From Fonticula alba ATCC 38817 (taxonomy: Eukaryota > Protista > Nucleariida), in NCBI GenBank assembly GCA_000388065.2, contig KB932205.1: a stretch of 17,743 nucleotides of DNA. One strand, 5' to 3'. This document shows positions 16,730 through 17,743 of the stretch, piece after piece; the first letter of the stretch is position 1, and each line of letters opens with the position of its first letter. The translations under genes and the position numbers were made by a program. The notes under the pieces are model-generated. The model did not search any database. It saw only the letters and a program-made list of their open reading frames with translations, and was not told where the DNA came from.

Positions 16730-17554
16730 GCCCACACGCGCACACGGCCATCCTCTTACCTTGGTGTCCTGTTTGTTCCTCACATCGGGTTACTCATCAC
16801 TTGGCAGGCAATTGTGCACTGGCGAATTTAGGTACCTGCGAGCCCCTTTTCATTCTGCTCTGCCCCACCCTGCTCCACCCTGCCTTGCCCGGTCCCGTGG
16901 AGACCGAGCCTCCCTCCTCTCCCTCCCTCCCTCTCTCTCCCTCTGTCTGCCTCTCGCTAACCTGACTACTCCCAGGCAAGGTGGCAAGCCGATCGGCTAC
17001 AAGGGTGTCAAGTTCCACCGCATCATCAAGGGATTCATGGTGCAGGGCGGGGACTTCGTCAATGGCGACGGCACCGGCGCCATGAACATCTACAACAAGA
17101 CCAGCTACTTCGACGACGAGAATTTCACCCTGACGCATGATGTGCCGGGATTGCTGTCGATGGTGTGTGCTTGCTCCTGCCCCCTGCCCCCTGGCCTCTT
17201 CTCTCTTCTTCTTCCAGACACTGCGTTCCCCCCTCAATCCGATCCTGCTTGTTGCATCTGCCATCACCCACCTGCTGACTGGGAATACGATCGACTTTGC
17301 CCCTTTCCTGGGTCAATCTCCCCCCCCCCCCCCCCATACACACAAAGGCCAACAGCGGACCCAACACCAATGGCTGCCAGTTCTTTATCACCTGCGCACC
17401 GGCCGACTTCCTCAACCAGAAGCACGTTGTGTTTGGCAAGCTTCTGGACGATGAGGGGTTCTACACCCTGCGCATGATTGAGCAGCTGGCCGTCAACCCG
17501 AAGAACCATCAGCCCATCCATGATGTGGTGGTCACGCAATGCGGTGAGATGTAA
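16444..17554 (+). CDS. PPIH: Peptidyl-prolyl cis-trans isomerase H (U4/U6 snRNP cyclophilin H), 190 aa
   Basis: Model join(16444..16598,16808..16831,16976..17162,17348..17554) = 573 nt, stop TAA. Peptides [95 protein letters not shown] match PPIH-diagnostic segments ([29 protein letters not shown] end). Confidence 0.97.
16649..16729. repeat. Compound (CA)n/(CAAA)n microsatellite in PPIH intron 1
   Basis: Read directly. Confidence 0.95.
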
Positions 17555-17743
17555 GCAGGGTCGCATCGCGCACGCGGCCATCCTGTATGATCTTCCCTCC
17601 TCCCCGCTCGGAGGGTCATGTTTCCTTGTCATGGCCGTTCGCCCGGCCCGTTGTCCTCCTTCCCCTGTCCCACCCTGGCGTTTGCCTCCCGACACTGAAA
17701 TAGCCAAAGTCATCTACATTTATCCTGCTCCCCCCGACCCCCC

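Noticed and set aside
1-17743. tRNA, rRNA, snRNA, CRISPR array, transposase or non-standard genetic code
   Set aside because: No conserved snRNA/tRNA/rRNA words, no repeat-spacer array and no transposase motifs were seen by eye. TAA, TAG and TGA each end one gene, and no in-frame stops fall in conserved exons. A cmscan/tRNAscan run would be needed to exclude divergent ncRNAs.

Overview
GC-rich eukaryotic draft-assembly window with three N gaps, many poly-G/C tracts and microsatellites, and no visible CpG depletion. It holds three spliced protein-coding genes. (1) A FRMD8/KRIT1-type FERM-domain gene on the minus strand (about 10693 to 7106). (2) Integrator subunit 9 (INTS9) on the plus strand (12320-16026, 7 coding exons, 991 aa), head-to-head with the FERM gene. 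(3) Spliceosomal cyclophilin H (PPIH) on the plus strand (16444-17554, 4 exons, 190 aa). The genes end in TAG, TGA and TAA, so the code looks standard. Positions 1-7100 contain no recognisable gene, only simple repeats, palindromes, orphan splice signals and promoter-like motifs. Compact introns plus Integrator plus a FRMD8-like gene suggest a unicellular non-Dikarya eukaryote, possibly an opisthokont. It resembles Fonticula-type genomes from memory, but this is unverified. The strongest signal is that all 12 modelled introns have a pyrimidine (9 C, 3 T, 0 A) at donor position +4, while a perfect CAG|GTAAGC inside INTS9 appears unused. This hints at an atypical 5' splice-site recognition system. 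All gene models were built by hand from splice signals and remembered human homologues; no database searches were run.
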